Assembly (NCBI RefSeq): GCF_001194135.2
Contig: NC_068998.1
Span: 19,361,296-19,425,295 of the forward strand
DNA length: 64,000 nt
DNA from: Octopus bimaculoides
Lineage: Eukaryota
Direction of reading: 5' to 3'
Below are positions 53,101-62,571 of this stretch, piece after piece. Made by a program: the position numbers and the translations under genes. The notes under the pieces were generated by a model. It was not told where the DNA came from and did not search any database. It was given only the letters and a program-made list of their open reading frames with translations. Each line of letters starts with the position of its first letter. The stretch's first letter is position 1.

Positions 53101-54985
53101 ATTGAATTTCATTTGAAGATTAATAATATATATTTTAATTATTTGAGCAATGTACATTTATTAGATAAAACTTTTAAAAGATTGGTTGAAAAAATTTGCT
53201 CAGCAGCAACCATTTTACCTCTGAAGTATTTAGCATCATGTGGTATGGGGTGAAGGTTACGATTTTTGTTAAACCAGAGGAAGATAAACGGATGTTAACA
53301 CCAACCTAAAGAAAAAGAGAGATAAATGTTTTAAATACATTTCATAATTGTAACAGTTATAAAACTTTCATGCATTCTTGTTTTATATAGAGTGTACAAA
53401 GCAATAAGGACCTATAGTTCCAAATTTATAGGTGTTTAAGACTAATATAAAGGAGCTGTACAAGAAGGATTTATTTTGATTATGCATAATGACAAATTTG
53501 TAAAAGTGTGTAAAGCAAACTTAAGAGATTCCAATATATCATTGCTACTTATTTTATTGATAAAAGAAGAATGAAAAGTAAAGTCAGCTTTAACTAGTTT
53601 TGAAATGAAATAAGAACCCTCACGTTTCAGTCATCATCACCACATTTAAGCAATAGAAAGTTACAAAATATATTGCTATGCGGAGTTTTCTAACATGCTT
53701 ATGGTGTTAGTTTTTAAGCTATATGCTGACAAGATTTCCAAATAAAGCAAAAGGTTTACTGCAGACTGAATTCTTCACATATGTCAGTATCTATATATTC
53801 CTAATTACAAAATTGTAATTTTCAACTTTGGTGGTCAGAGTCAAAGCTCACTTTGCAACCACAGGGTTTTGGGTTCAGTTCCACTGCATAGCACCTTGAG
53901 CAAATGTTTTCTACTTTAGCTTCAAGTCAACCAATGCCCTGTGAGTGAATCTGGTTGACAGAAACTGTATGGAAAGGCTATCATACACATACATGCGCGT
54001 GTGTGTGCATGTATGTATATGTGTGTGTCCCCATCACTGCTTGAGAACTGGTGTTTACATCCCCATAACTTAGCAGTGTAGCATAAAGACCAACAGAATA
54101 AGTACCAGACTTAAAAATAAGGTCTGGAGTTAAAAACCTTCAAGGTAGCACCCCAGTATTGCTGCAGTTCAATGACTGAAACAAGCAAGAGGTTGAAAAT
54201 ATATATAGCTATTTGATTGTTTTGTTCTCTGATTGGACATTGTGAGTGAGTTCATGGAATATAAAGGAAACTAATTGTTCTCCAGCTGGATACTCCATAT
54301 AGGAAAGAGGACTGAATCAATGTGGACATGCTTTTTGACAGAGACAAAGACCTGGAGGAAACAACAAAGGACATTCCATTCTATTCTGCCATCATTTTGC
54401 CCAGCATGCTAACAGCTTTGCCAGCTTGCCACCTTGAAAGTTCCTTCCCGAGTCATATAGACTCATTGGGTCAGTTTCCTGTTTTCCGTGGCACTTATAT
54501 TCCCCACTGGATGAGATACTGGTCCATCACAGGATTACTCACTTTTGCCAGCTGAGTGATCTTCTGGCTCTTATGATAATAACAGGTGAAGTTTCTTAAT
54601 GAAAGAGGACAGGTGTTAAAACAGTCAAACACAGATAAAGATTCATTTCTAACATGGATTCAGTGACATCTGGAAATAACTATTGGTAATAGTAATGAAA
54701 ACAAATGAACTATTCTAAAGATATAGTCTGTCGTATGATCTCTGAGACATTATCCCCAAAAGCATAATAATTGAGGAAATCTGATAATGTATACAACTGA
54801 CAAATCAATTTAGTCAAATATTAGTAGATTTAAGAATAATGAATGTAATAAATAAAAAGAAAAAAAGAACTATATACTTCATAGATTCCAGAAGCTTTGT
54901 TCTTGCACTGAACGGTACCAGAGCTTCCGACAGTGTCCAGTGAAAACTTGTCAGACCATTCAGATTCTGCAACTTGGAGACAAGC
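18751..54985 (-). CDS. VPS13C: VPS13A/C-type bridge-like lipid transfer protein, C-terminal ~915 aa in 25 exons (VAB/SHR-BD repeats, ATG2_C-like region, PH-like C-terminus); 5' part lies outside the window
   Basis: The spliced translation matches VPS13A/C motifs as I recall them: [111 protein letters not shown]. Exon lengths sum to 2748 nt with phases consistent throughout. Invertebrates generally have a single A/C-type gene, so the paralog label is nominal. Confidence 0.96.
20960..21660 (-). mobile_element. Penelope-like element 3' relic with GIY-YIG endonuclease
   Basis: [24 protein letters not shown] and [12 protein letters not shown] motifs, frameshifted; followed by a pLTR-like ctgaggaagaggtcataatcccaaaa. 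Confidence 0.8.
21710..21787 (-). CDS. VPS13C: VPS13 exon w24 (78 nt): [26 protein letters not shown]
   Basis: ttgcag|GAG, GAG|gtaagt; phase 0 matches both neighbours. Confidence 0.9.
22519..22642 (-). CDS. VPS13C: VPS13 exon w23 (124 nt): [41 protein letters not shown]
   Basis: tttcag|A, AAA|gtaagt. Confidence 0.94.
22947..23038 (+). ncRNA. Type I hammerhead ribozyme (intact core, extended stem I)
   Basis: agtg-CTGATGA-agggg/caacaa/tccct-GAAA-tat/ggt/ata-TA-cact, with an 18-bp distal stem I (22947-22964 pairing with 23021-23038) beyond a 6x4 internal loop. Confidence 0.8.
23427..24285 (-). mobile_element. 5'-truncated RTE-clade LINE (ORF2 C-terminus plus long 3'UTR with minisatellite)
   Basis: [54 protein letters not shown] followed by HWRYVV; the 3'UTR is shared with many short copies in the window. 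Confidence 0.88.
24756..24960. repeat. Unclassified interspersed repeat; second copy at 34458-34716 in the same orientation
   Basis: Shared gggtagcaactgttatttcctatttgct...gatgctcccccactac...gcaaatctg(a/t)ggta(c/t)tgag(c/t)agaatatttgctataat. Confidence 0.75.
25374..25468 (-). CDS. VPS13C: VPS13 exon w22 (95 nt): [31 protein letters not shown](K)
   Basis: tttcag|GAA, AA|gtaagt; start of the PH-like domain. Confidence 0.94.
25973..26263. mobile_element. hAT (Charlie-like) MITE, 291 bp
   Basis: TIRs caatggttctcagcc / ggttgagaacccctg; 8-bp TSD ttctagag / ttctagat (NTCTAGAN-type target). Confidence 0.85.
26431..26545 (-). CDS. VPS13C: VPS13 exon w21 (115 nt): [38 protein letters not shown]
   Basis: gtatag|A, CAA|gtaatg; LRPPR motif. 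Confidence 0.96.
26915..27002 (-). CDS. VPS13C: VPS13 exon w20 (88 nt): (G)[28 protein letters not shown](R)
   Basis: acctag|GT, AG|gtttgt. Confidence 0.96.
27672..28066 (+). mobile_element. Full-length tRNA-derived SINE, family B (head + (TG)n + gataagtac/ggggttgat core + gactgaaacaa tail)
   Basis: ggtatggctgtatggtaagaag A-box region, gggttcagtccc B box; other copies at 745-877(-), 8582-8783(+), 11872-12205(-), 13115-13455(-), 41300-41570(+), 51105-51260(+). Confidence 0.85.
28560..28850 (+). mobile_element. Chimeric SINE: head/core as in 30042-30325, tail as in 38132-38476
   Basis: cttgagcaagacacttta core followed by cctgtaattc...gagaactacattaagg...ggagtgctcagccac. Confidence 0.75.
29280..29361 (-). 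CDS. VPS13C: VPS13 exon w19 (82 nt): [27 protein letters not shown]
   Basis: ttgcag|GGT, G|gtaagt. Confidence 0.97.
30042..30325 (+). mobile_element. tRNA-derived SINE (gcaagacactttatttc core); related copies at about 42945-43140 (-) and 60520-60750 (-)
   Basis: ggcttagtg A box, gtttgattcc B box, shared core. Confidence 0.72.
31064..31227 (-). CDS. VPS13C: VPS13 exon w18 (164 nt): (G)[54 protein letters not shown]
   Basis: gtgtag|GT, ATG|gtaagt. Confidence 0.97.
31490..31860 (+). mobile_element. RTE-related 3' end with ~7 copies of a ~27-bp unit and an (ATG)n tail
   Basis: gcacctgtgc(c/t)ggtgaca-type units at 31490-31685; ends catggaaaacagacattaaatgatgatg. Confidence 0.82.
32645..32720 (-). 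CDS. VPS13C: VPS13 exon w17 (76 nt): [25 protein letters not shown]
   Basis: tttcag|GGT, G|gtgaga. Confidence 0.97.
32822..32935 (-). CDS. VPS13C: VPS13 exon w16 (114 nt): [38 protein letters not shown]
   Basis: ttttag|GCA, CAG|gtaata; highly conserved [10 protein letters not shown] motif. Confidence 0.97.
33196..33415 (+). mobile_element. piggyBac-type MITE (220 bp), complete
   Basis: TTAA|CCCATTAGCATTC...GAATGCTAAAGGG|TTAA: TTAA target site duplication and terminal inverted repeats. Confidence 0.88.
35162..35243 (-). CDS. VPS13C: VPS13 exon w15 (82 nt): [27 protein letters not shown]
   Basis: ttccag|A, CAG|gtaaat. Confidence 0.95.
35937..36064 (-). CDS. VPS13C: VPS13 exon w14 (128 nt): [42 protein letters not shown](K)
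   Basis: ttgcag|ATT, AA|gtaagt. Confidence 0.96.
36698..36853 (+). mobile_element. Same piggyBac-type MITE, truncated
   Basis: TTAA|ccatttagtattcagatt...gaggccagatctg; right end missing. Confidence 0.68.
37055..37174 (-). CDS. VPS13C: VPS13 exon w13 (120 nt): [40 protein letters not shown]
   Basis: ctgtag|ACC, AAG|gtaagc. Confidence 0.94.
38132..38476 (+). mobile_element. Full-length young tRNA-derived SINE with (CAA)n tail
   Basis: A box tggcccagtggtt, B box ggtttcgattccc; CpGs intact; inserted in (TA)n. Confidence 0.9.
38979..39087 (-). CDS. VPS13C: VPS13 exon w12 (109 nt): [36 protein letters not shown]
   Basis: tttcag|A, GAG|gtattt. Confidence 0.95.
39438..41070 (+). pseudogene. Decayed piggyBac (PGBD4-like, DDE_Tnp_1_7) transposase in a VPS13 intron, antisense to the gene
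   Basis: ORF fragments with an acidic N-terminus, [51 protein letters not shown] and a C-terminal Cys-rich [18 protein letters not shown]; multiple stops and frameshifts; no TIRs found. Confidence 0.9.
41758..41827 (-). CDS. VPS13C: VPS13 exon w11 (70 nt): (V)[22 protein letters not shown](K)
   Basis: tttcag|TT, AA|gtaagt. Confidence 0.94.
43219..43300 (-). CDS. VPS13C: VPS13 exon w10 (82 nt): [27 protein letters not shown]
   Basis: tttcag|TTG, G|gttagt. Confidence 0.95.
44327..44461 (-). CDS. VPS13C: VPS13 exon w9 (135 nt): [45 protein letters not shown]
   Basis: tctcag|GTT, CAG|gtaaac. Confidence 0.95.
45909..46065 (-). CDS. VPS13C: VPS13 exon w8 (157 nt): [30 protein letters not shown]...LENKFE
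   Basis: ttttag|T, GAA|gtaagt. Confidence 0.94.
46731..46915 (-). mobile_element. RTE-related 3' end
   Basis: Same diagnostic ggctggatgcccttc...ccaaccact block. Confidence 0.75.
47355..47467 (-). CDS. VPS13C: VPS13 exon w7 (113 nt): [37 protein letters not shown](S)
   Basis: ctgcag|GCT, AG|gtatgt. Confidence 0.96.
47563..47685 (-). CDS. VPS13C: VPS13 exon w6 (123 nt): [41 protein letters not shown]
   Basis: tttcag|GAT, CAG|gtaaac; WVSFLDGxQRVLLF hallmark. Confidence 0.96.
47935..48254. mobile_element. Second copy of the hAT MITE, inverted relative to 25973-26263
   Basis: cagatggttctcaacc...gttgagaaccactg; interior homologous; TSD degenerate. Confidence 0.8.
48763..48984 (-). mobile_element. 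Same piggyBac-type MITE, nested inside an older repeat
   Basis: cctttagcatttaaac...gaatgctaaagag|TTAA; the two flanks join into the repeat also seen at 8170-8520. Confidence 0.78.
49551..49680 (-). CDS. VPS13C: VPS13 exon w5 (130 nt): (K)[43 protein letters not shown]
   Basis: gtttag|A, CAG|gtatgt; phase matches the previous exon across the N-gap. Confidence 0.93.
50236..50369 (-). CDS. VPS13C: VPS13 exon w4 (134 nt, phase 0-2): [44 protein letters not shown]
   Basis: tttcag|TAT, AA|gtaag. Confidence 0.93.
50630..50885 (+). mobile_element. RTE-related 3' end (~3 units)
   Basis: Homologous to 31600-31860. Confidence 0.8.
51562..51753 (-). CDS. VPS13C: VPS13 exon w3 (192 nt): [28 protein letters not shown]...STLLKLENN
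   Basis: tttcag|CTA, AAT|gtaatt; CIPFWP motif. Confidence 0.92.
52216..52431 (-). mobile_element. Same piggyBac-type MITE, opposite orientation
   Basis: TTAA flanks at 52212-52215 and 52432-52435; interior matches the reverse complement of 33196-33415. Confidence 0.82.
53219..53305 (-). CDS. VPS13C: VPS13 exon w2 (87 nt): [29 protein letters not shown]
   Basis: ctttag|GTT, GAG|gtaaaa; TKIVTFTP motif. Confidence 0.94.
53830..54190 (+). mobile_element. SINE family B copy
   Basis: Collinear with 27672-28066. Confidence 0.82.
54878..54985 (-). CDS. VPS13C: VPS13 exon w1 (108 nt, phase 0-0): [36 protein letters not shown]
   Basis: tttttag|GCT acceptor, GAA|gtatat donor; [12 protein letters not shown] motif. 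Confidence 0.95.
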
Positions 54986-55549
54986 CTAAAAATAAAAAAA
55001 TTTTTTAATTCTATAGTAAAAAGTTAATTTATGAATTATGATTTATGGTTATCAATTTTTCAATTGATCTTTGGGTCAAAATGATAGAGAGAGAGAGAGA
55101 AGGGAGAGGAAGAGAGAAAGAGAGAGGGATGAAAAAAGAACAAAAGGATGGCTATAAAAATTTGATGGTAAAAACTGAAAGATCTATGAAAAAGAAAAAA
55201 GAAAACTCATTATATTCTGATTATATACTTCACTTAAGATAATGTTTTGAACACCACATATTGCTATTGAGTAATCACAGCTAATTCTGTCTGTGTATAT
55301 CTCTAGTATGGAGATCAGCATCAAATATTTACAAACAAACAATAAAATTCCTCTGATATATGAAGTCTTGGCATTGAACTTGAGTGTCTGATCAGTATCC
55401 TGGAAATAGTCACTTATTTTTATGTATTTTTATTGAGAATATGCTGTCTATGTTACTGAATGGCAGAATTGTCACTACATCAGTATTTGTTCAAGCTCTT
55501 TGTGTCCTGAGTTCAAATCCTAATGAGATCAATCCTCCCCCTCCTCCTC

Positions 55550-55775
55550 CAATGTCCATTTTCCATGCTGGCTTGAAGTTGGATGGTTTGAACCAGAGCT
55601 GGCAAGCTAGAGAGCTGCACTAGGTTCCAGTCTCACTTGGCTTGGTTTCTACAGCCTGATACCCTTCCTAACACTAACCACTTTACACGTGTGCTGGGTG
55701 TTTTTAATGTGGCACCCACATAAGCACTTTTAAGTGGTACCAATACAACTGCTTTTTTTTGTGGCACCAGCACAG
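55550..55775 (-). mobile_element. RTE-related 3' end
   Basis: aatgtccattttccatgctgg...cccttcctaacactaaccact. Confidence 0.75.
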
Positions 55776-57837
55776 GAATCTTACAGGGCATCTCTCTTTC
55801 ACAGGGGGAAATGGCCTTAATACTAAATTAAGTCTCTGTCACATAGTGAGATAATCCCCACCCTAGTCTCAGAATCAGCTGCACTATGCTGAGAGAGGTA
55901 CATGGAGGACTATTCACAGTATCCCCTTCTTCTGAGGCAGCCACTTCACTGTTACACAAGTAGAATGTAATCCATGATGCTTCAGTAGAGCATGGTACAT
56001 TGTTATGATGTGATAATCTTGTTGCCTTCAATTTCAGGTCTTAAGATACACCCAAGAATTTTTAAGTTAAGAAATATTTGTAATTGTAAAATTCAGCAAG
56101 TTACTTTCTAGACAAAATCAGAAGTTAAGATGGGAAAATTATCACATTATTAGACACTTGCAGACATATTTCAACTTGCTTGAGTTAAAACCTGTTTTCT
56201 TCAGAAGATTGTTACATTTATTTAATATTTAAAGCAGAAAAAAAAAAAAAAATCACTACTATACTTTCCTAACCTATTTAGCAATGGTTAAACACCAATA
56301 AAATAATGAGAAATAATCTTAGTTTCTTAACTATTTAATACAGTAGATTTGTTATGTTATTTTGACTTTAATTTTTAGGTCTTTTTCTTAAAACACCATG
56401 CTTTTACATGGCAAAGTAACTGCAAATACTGCAGAACAAATTAGATTATTCTCATCTAAAGATGGATGGGTGGGGGCGGGAGAGAGAGAGAGAAAAGAGA
56501 GAGAGAGAGAGAGAAAAGAGAGAGAGAGAGAGAGAGAAAAGAGAGAGAGAGAGAAAAGAGAGAGAGAGAGAAAAGAGAGAGAAGTAAGTGAAAATGTTTA
56601 TAATATCAAGGAACATTTGATTTCATTATGAATCATTGGCCTGCATGAATGGTCTATGATAATTCAGTTAATGAGAAAGCATCACCATCACTATTTGTCA
56701 TCATTTTTAAGTGCAATATATTGGAAGGGACGTTTTGAGGTAGTGTAGTATAAACTGGACGTCCTTTCTGATATCAACAAACCATGGAAAGATGTTAACA
56801 AAAACATCACTTTTTATATATGGCAATGATTCATAATGAATGAAATATTTAAGTTAATACGTCCCATTTTTTTACTGCATGAATTTAACTTAAATATTCT
56901 TTTAAAAAACGAAACTCAATCCATTAGTTAATGCTTACATTGAAATACCTGGAAACAGAGAATCAATACTATCATTTGTTTAGAAATTTAATAAGCAATT
57001 GTTGCAAGAAATAATACAAAAAGATTATAAATAAAGTAAAACTGATGTGAACAAATAATTGTTTTTTGTTTTAGAATTGAATGAAATATTTTCAATAAAT
57101 TTATATTTACAATAGGATTGTTCTGATTAATGATTTTATTTAAACAGTGTTATTTGATTCATAAAGTAAATGGCAAAATATTGATTTCTGAAGTTTTTTT
57201 TTTTTTTTAACATTCACAACATTTCTAAACTACACCATTTCTAAAATACACCATAAAATTTTGAGTAAACTTTGAATTAGAATTTCCAATAAATTAAAAA
57301 ATTTATTTCAATTAGAAATTAAGGTGACAATATTGATAAGTATTTACTCCATTGTATATTCGAACAAAGCTACTGCTATCTTACTGTATAAGAATGGTTA
57401 AAATTTTTTTGTCAAAGTAGTTCTGAATTGATATAACTTAAGAGAATTACTTTTATTACATTTTTCTAAATAAATTCACTCTGTGAATTGAAAGTTGAAT
57501 TATAGACAAGAGTCGTGCTACAAGTATATAAACCATTATTAATTTTACACTTGTTTTCTATGGGATGGACAGGCCATCAAAGTCATTTGGTGTTACTGTT
57601 CTCCGAGCTTGGTAAAAGATCATATCTCATTTGCATGTCTCAGTTTCTGGTTTGGTTTCTATGGCTGGATACCAACTATTTTACAAAGCACAATACATGC
57701 ATTTTATCATAGCACCAGCACTAGAAATGCATATTTATTGATATTGGTTTGAATAAAGTGTTAAATTTAGTTATATTTCTCATAAAATCTAACTCATGTT
57801 CACAATGAGAGTATTGTTACCTATCTATTATTCTTTT

Positions 57838-58215
57838 ATTTATTTCAGTCATTCAGCTGTGGCCATGCTGGAGCACCACCTTGTAGGATTTTAGTCAAAC
57901 AAATCAATCCCAGGACTTAATTTTTAAGCCTATACTTATTCTATCAGTCTCTTTTGCTGAAGAGCTAAGTTATAGGGACATAAACACACCAACACCAGTT
58001 GCCAAGTGGTGATGGGGGTGACAAATACAGACAGACAAACATAGATATATACATATATATATCTATATAAGATGGGCTTCTTTTAGTTTCTGTCTGCCAA
58101 ATCCATGCACAAGGCTTTGGTCAGCCCGAGGCTATAGTAAAAGACACTTGCCCAAGGTGCCATGCAGTGGGACTGAACCTGGAACTATGTGTTCGAGAAA
58201 CAAGCTCCTTACCAC
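57838..58215 (-). mobile_element. SINE family B copy
   Basis: Reverse complement of 27672-28066. Confidence 0.85.
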
Positions 58216-58784
58216 TTTTCATTTATTTATCTTAATTTTCTCTTTGTAATACGAAACAAACTTAAGAGTAAAACTTATAAAATTAGGTTTGTTATGGTAA
58301 ATTCTAGTTAGATATTGTGCCATTCTCTTTCTTTTGGTGGATGAAATAAAAGTCTATTGAAACAAATTCCACAGGATTTGAAATAAAATTTACTAAAAAT
58401 TTACTTGTTTACAAGAAATAGTAGTAGTGGTAATAGTAATAGTAGAGTTTAGTGTTTTCAAAAGAATTTGTCAACATACAATTTTACATATTGTCAACAA
58501 ACTTATTCCTTAAAGTCTTGGAAATTTCAAAAGTTAAAAGTTATAATAAAGCTTAGGATAGTTTTATTTTTTCATTTAAACATTGATCAACTTCTTTGTA
58601 TGTTATAATCTCAGTTTTAGTAAGATATAACAAAAAACAACAACAAAGAAACAAAAAAACAAAATCAAAACATTAATAAACAATGAAATACAATCAAACT
58701 GTATTATATAAATGCACACACATTATATACACACATCATACACACACACACACACACACACAGAGGCATACACACATACACACA

Positions 58785-58853
58785 CAGGGTGTTCATAAAT
58801 TATCTTTACAGTTTGAAGCATAGAGAATGAAAAAATTATTTATGGAAACCTTG
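58785..58853. mobile_element. 69-bp Tc1/mariner-type mini-MITE
   Basis: cagggtgttcataaat / atttatggaaaccttg|TA (13 of 16 inverted match), embedded in CA/TA repeats. Confidence 0.55.
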
Positions 58854-59631
58854 TATATATATAAGATTACATTATTAATCATTAAATCATTAGTGATTTT
58901 AGTAAGTACAGAAGATTGAGAGAAAAAAAACTGATAGAAAATAAACAAAGCCAAGTGCAAACATTAAATAATATAACAATAACAATACCCAACTGTAGAA
59001 TACCACAATAGTAAAAATATGAATATATTAAATACCATCATGCAGAGAAAGAGATAATTTAATTACAATAATGATCATCACTACAACATATAATAAAACA
59101 AAAATGAAAGGAATAAAAAGAAGCAGAAATGAAAAGGGGTTTGTTGCAAAAAGCCAAGAACAAAGGTCAAAAACAGGTACAAAACATGTTTGACTAAATA
59201 TATATAAATAAATACTATTTTTAACAGAAAATTTATAGCATGATAATTCAGTAATAATTGACAGTATAACTCACACTTCAAATTCATATAAAAACTGGAA
59301 TATGCGTGCATGTGTGTGTATATGAGTGTGTGTGTGTGTAAACAGATGTCTAAGTATATATATAACATACATATATATGTATGACTGCTATTGTTGGGTT
59401 TAGAGTTCTATGAAGATTATCATCGTCGACTCTGTTTCCAGTAGAATGGTTTGTCTACTACTGTACTTAGTAACACTATTTTGTCATGGCATACAGAGAA
59501 AATGTAGTGTTCCACAGATGATCTGTTGTGGTTAAGCATCCATTTGCAGAGTTCCAAACAACTTCAATGGCGATATAAACGATATAACTCGAGTTTATCA
59601 TAATTTCTCATATCTATCTGTTTATATATAT

Positions 59632-59806
59632 CGTCGTCGTCGTTTAACGTCCGCTTTCCATGCTAGCATGGGCTGGACGATTTGACTGAGGACTGGTGAA
59701 ACCAGATGGCTACACCAGGCTCCAATCTGATTTGGCAGTGTTTCTACAGCTGGATGCCCTTCCTAACGCCAACCACTCAGAGAGTGTAGTGGGTGCTTTT
59801 ACGTGA
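59632..59806 (-). mobile_element. RTE-related 3' end, young copy (CpGs intact), inserted in (TA)n
   Basis: cgtcgtcgtttaacgtccgctttccatgc...gggtgcttttacgtg. Confidence 0.85.
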
Positions 59807-60047
59807 TATATATATATATATATAGATAAATAGATAGATATATATATATATAGATATATAAGGTCTGGTAGTATGTAAAGTTAGGGTCATTTTTAGAGAA
59901 GCACTCAACCCGAATACTAGGCTATCAACACTGTTGGGTTCCAGGCCAAAGCTGAAATTCCTCAGGTGTAGAAAATCCAAGTTTCACAATGATTTCTCTA
60001 TAAAGTAGGTTTGGTGAAGAGTAAATAATCCAGATAATAAGAAGAAG

Positions 60048-60160
60048 ACAAAGAAAATTCTTTAACACATCTTTAATGATTTGTTACAATTGTTTCTGTA
60101 GTAACTGAACACAAACAATTGTAAAGAATCATTGAAGATGTGTTAAAGAATTTTTTTTGT
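60048..60160. repeat. Long inverted repeat: 48-bp arms, 17-nt loop
   Basis: 60048-60095 versus the reverse complement of 60113-60160 match at 44 of 48 positions; pairing extends further through agaagac/gtcttct. Confidence 0.95.
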
Positions 60161-61779
60161 CTTCTTATCATTTAGTATATATATATATGTATACACCCAC
60201 TGGATGGTATTGTCATGTCATACATTGTGTCATGTTGATCCTCCTTGAACATTGCTTTAAAGGCAGGTACACATATCTGCAGAATGGTCAGCTGCTTGTA
60301 CACTAATTCATTGAGTAGGTAATTCAACTGAATCCTCATCATAAAAACTGATAGATATTCATCCGAAGGGCATCCAGGTGTAGAAACAATGTAGAACTTG
60401 GTCCTGCCCTCTGGCTTGTCTCTTCTTGTCAAACTGTCCAATCCATGCCAGCATAAAAAATGAGATGTTAAATGATGATATATATATATATATATCATCA
60501 TCAGTATTGACTAGACTATTGGATGTTAAACACCACTGGTCACAATGTGCTTCCTCAAATTGTCTTAGTTTTCAAATAATGCCACATTCCCCTTCTGAAT
60601 GGAATGCCAGTTCATGGTAAAGTTACCCATTTACAACTGAGTGGACTAGGGGAATGTGAAATGAAGTATTTTGCTCAAGGACACAAAGCACAACTGGTTT
60701 GGGAATTGAAACCACAACCTTGCAATTGTAAATGCAACACCAACCACTATATGTGTGTGTGTGTCTTTGTATGTGATTGTGTATATGTGTGTGTGTATAT
60801 TGTGATGGTAAGTTGATTAAAACAAATAACTAGAACCTTACAAAAACTGAATGATGATTTGCAAGGTGAAATTCTGTGTTAGAAAAGTAATGGAGACAAA
60901 GGTTAAAATTATCAGTAATGATCAGAGTGTGTGCATGAGTGTGAGTGTGTGTGTGTAGAAATAGAAATAAGGGATCTATTTAAGTTTAGGTTAATTAGAA
61001 ATGTTAAAACCATTGAAACAGAAAAATGATAATGGAAGACATTTCAAACTGTTCACTAATATGGCATTGGTGTAAGGAAGATAGACTGGTAAAACTATCA
61101 GAGCATTGGACAAAATGTTTTGCAGCATTTACTGCAATTCTTAATGGTCTGAGTTCAATCTTGCCAAAGTGAACTTTGCCTTCCATCTTTCGATGGATGA
61201 TAAAATGAAGTACTACTTAAGTATTTGAATCAATTAATTGGGCAAATTTCTAGTTTTGTGTTTATGTTAGAAACAATCAGTGTAGCTAAATTGAAGAAGG
61301 CACTGAAATACTGCAATATATTGGTAAATTACGTTTTCACAACCTGTGGGTGGTGTTGGACAAAGAAGTTTTAAACTTTGTTAGTGTCTTACTTCACTGA
61401 AGTTTCCGATGATGATCAGGAGCAATGTTTCCTCTCAAGCTGTGCACATTTTTTACAGCTAACACACACACAAAAATGTGCACACATGAGGCTTTCAAGA
61501 TGAAATAATTTTCTTTTTAAAGTGAAGATGGTTATTCACATGGCGGAGTTGATACTTAGCAAAATAAGACAAAATTTGCATATAGGCATCCCCCATGAGG
61601 TCCAGTCCTGGCAGTGTGATGGCTTGTGTACCTTAATGTCTCTGAGAGCTATGCCCACAGAACACAAAGTCCTACTGGGACTCCCATGCTGGCCAGAGGT
61701 GAAAATAGGTTTGTGTAATGCTAACACCCTTACCTAGGAAAAAGTAAAGTTACAGAAGCATCGATGACAATTCAAAACC

Positions 61780-61945
61780 AACAAGGCCTGACAAAGGAAG
61801 ACCTTCCCTCAGGGAAACATTTCAGACACACAGATAAGAATGTCCCTCCATAGTGAGGGCATGGCCCTGACAGTTGAAAGTTAAGAACAGTGGTGAGAGC
61901 CTTTGATGGTCTATGTTCCAATAGGAGAGAAGGGCTGAAGTAATA
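61780..61945 (+). mobile_element. Degenerate RTE-like LINE 3' end (different family)
   Basis: Ends ...RAFDGLCSNRREGLK*, resembling the RTE C-terminal WRxxVxxLCS motif. Confidence 0.45.
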
Positions 61946-62534
61946 AAATTCTGTATACACCCATAGCAAAAAATTAAAGGGAACACTGATCAGGAAGGTG
62001 CTTCGTTGTTCCAGCACCTCAGCATTACAATCACCTGTAGTAATGTCATGAAGGTTTTGGAGTATCTTAAACAATTTTTTACAACACCTCTAATTGATTC
62101 ATTATTTCTGCCTTTGTTTTCTCGATGTTTACTTTTGCATTGTAAATTATGCACTTTTTTACTTAATTATTGCAAATCTTAAATTAGGACACAATTTTAC
62201 AATTGTCCATTATAATTTTGCTGTATTTTTAATTCTAAACATTCTAATTAACCTAAAGCTCAAATAAGTTTCTGTTTTTTTTTTTAAGAAATATCCACAG
62301 AATACAATAACTCTGACTCCTTTCCATTTTCCTAAACATAAAAAAAACAACAATAAAAAACTACTAAGATAGATACCTTGCCCCTTTACAAACACCACAT
62401 GTGCACATACACACTTTTTATTGAGGGTATTGAAGTTAGATTTCTTCACAGTTATTGACTGGTTTCATCTCAATAAATTGTACACATATATTGAGTTCTC
62501 TTTCTTCAAAAGACAGCAAGACAGCCTTACTTCG

Positions 62535-62571
<37 letters not shown>

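Noticed and set aside
59777-59990. GC-richer stretch with ORF MDFLHLRNFSFGLEPNSVDSLVFG...
   Set aside because: No recognisable domain, no usable splice sites, and it runs into a microsatellite and an RTE end
60172-60501. 109-aa minus-strand ORF (...NELVYKQLTILQICVPAFKAMFKEDQHD...)
   Set aside because: Half derives from an RTE 3' end; the rest matches neither VPS13 nor any family I recognise
61384-61425. Hammerhead-like motif on the minus strand (CTGATCA-tcatcg-GAAA-cttc/agt/gaag-TA)
   Set aside because: Core G is mutated, stem II is essentially absent and stem I does not pair; may be chance or an old relic
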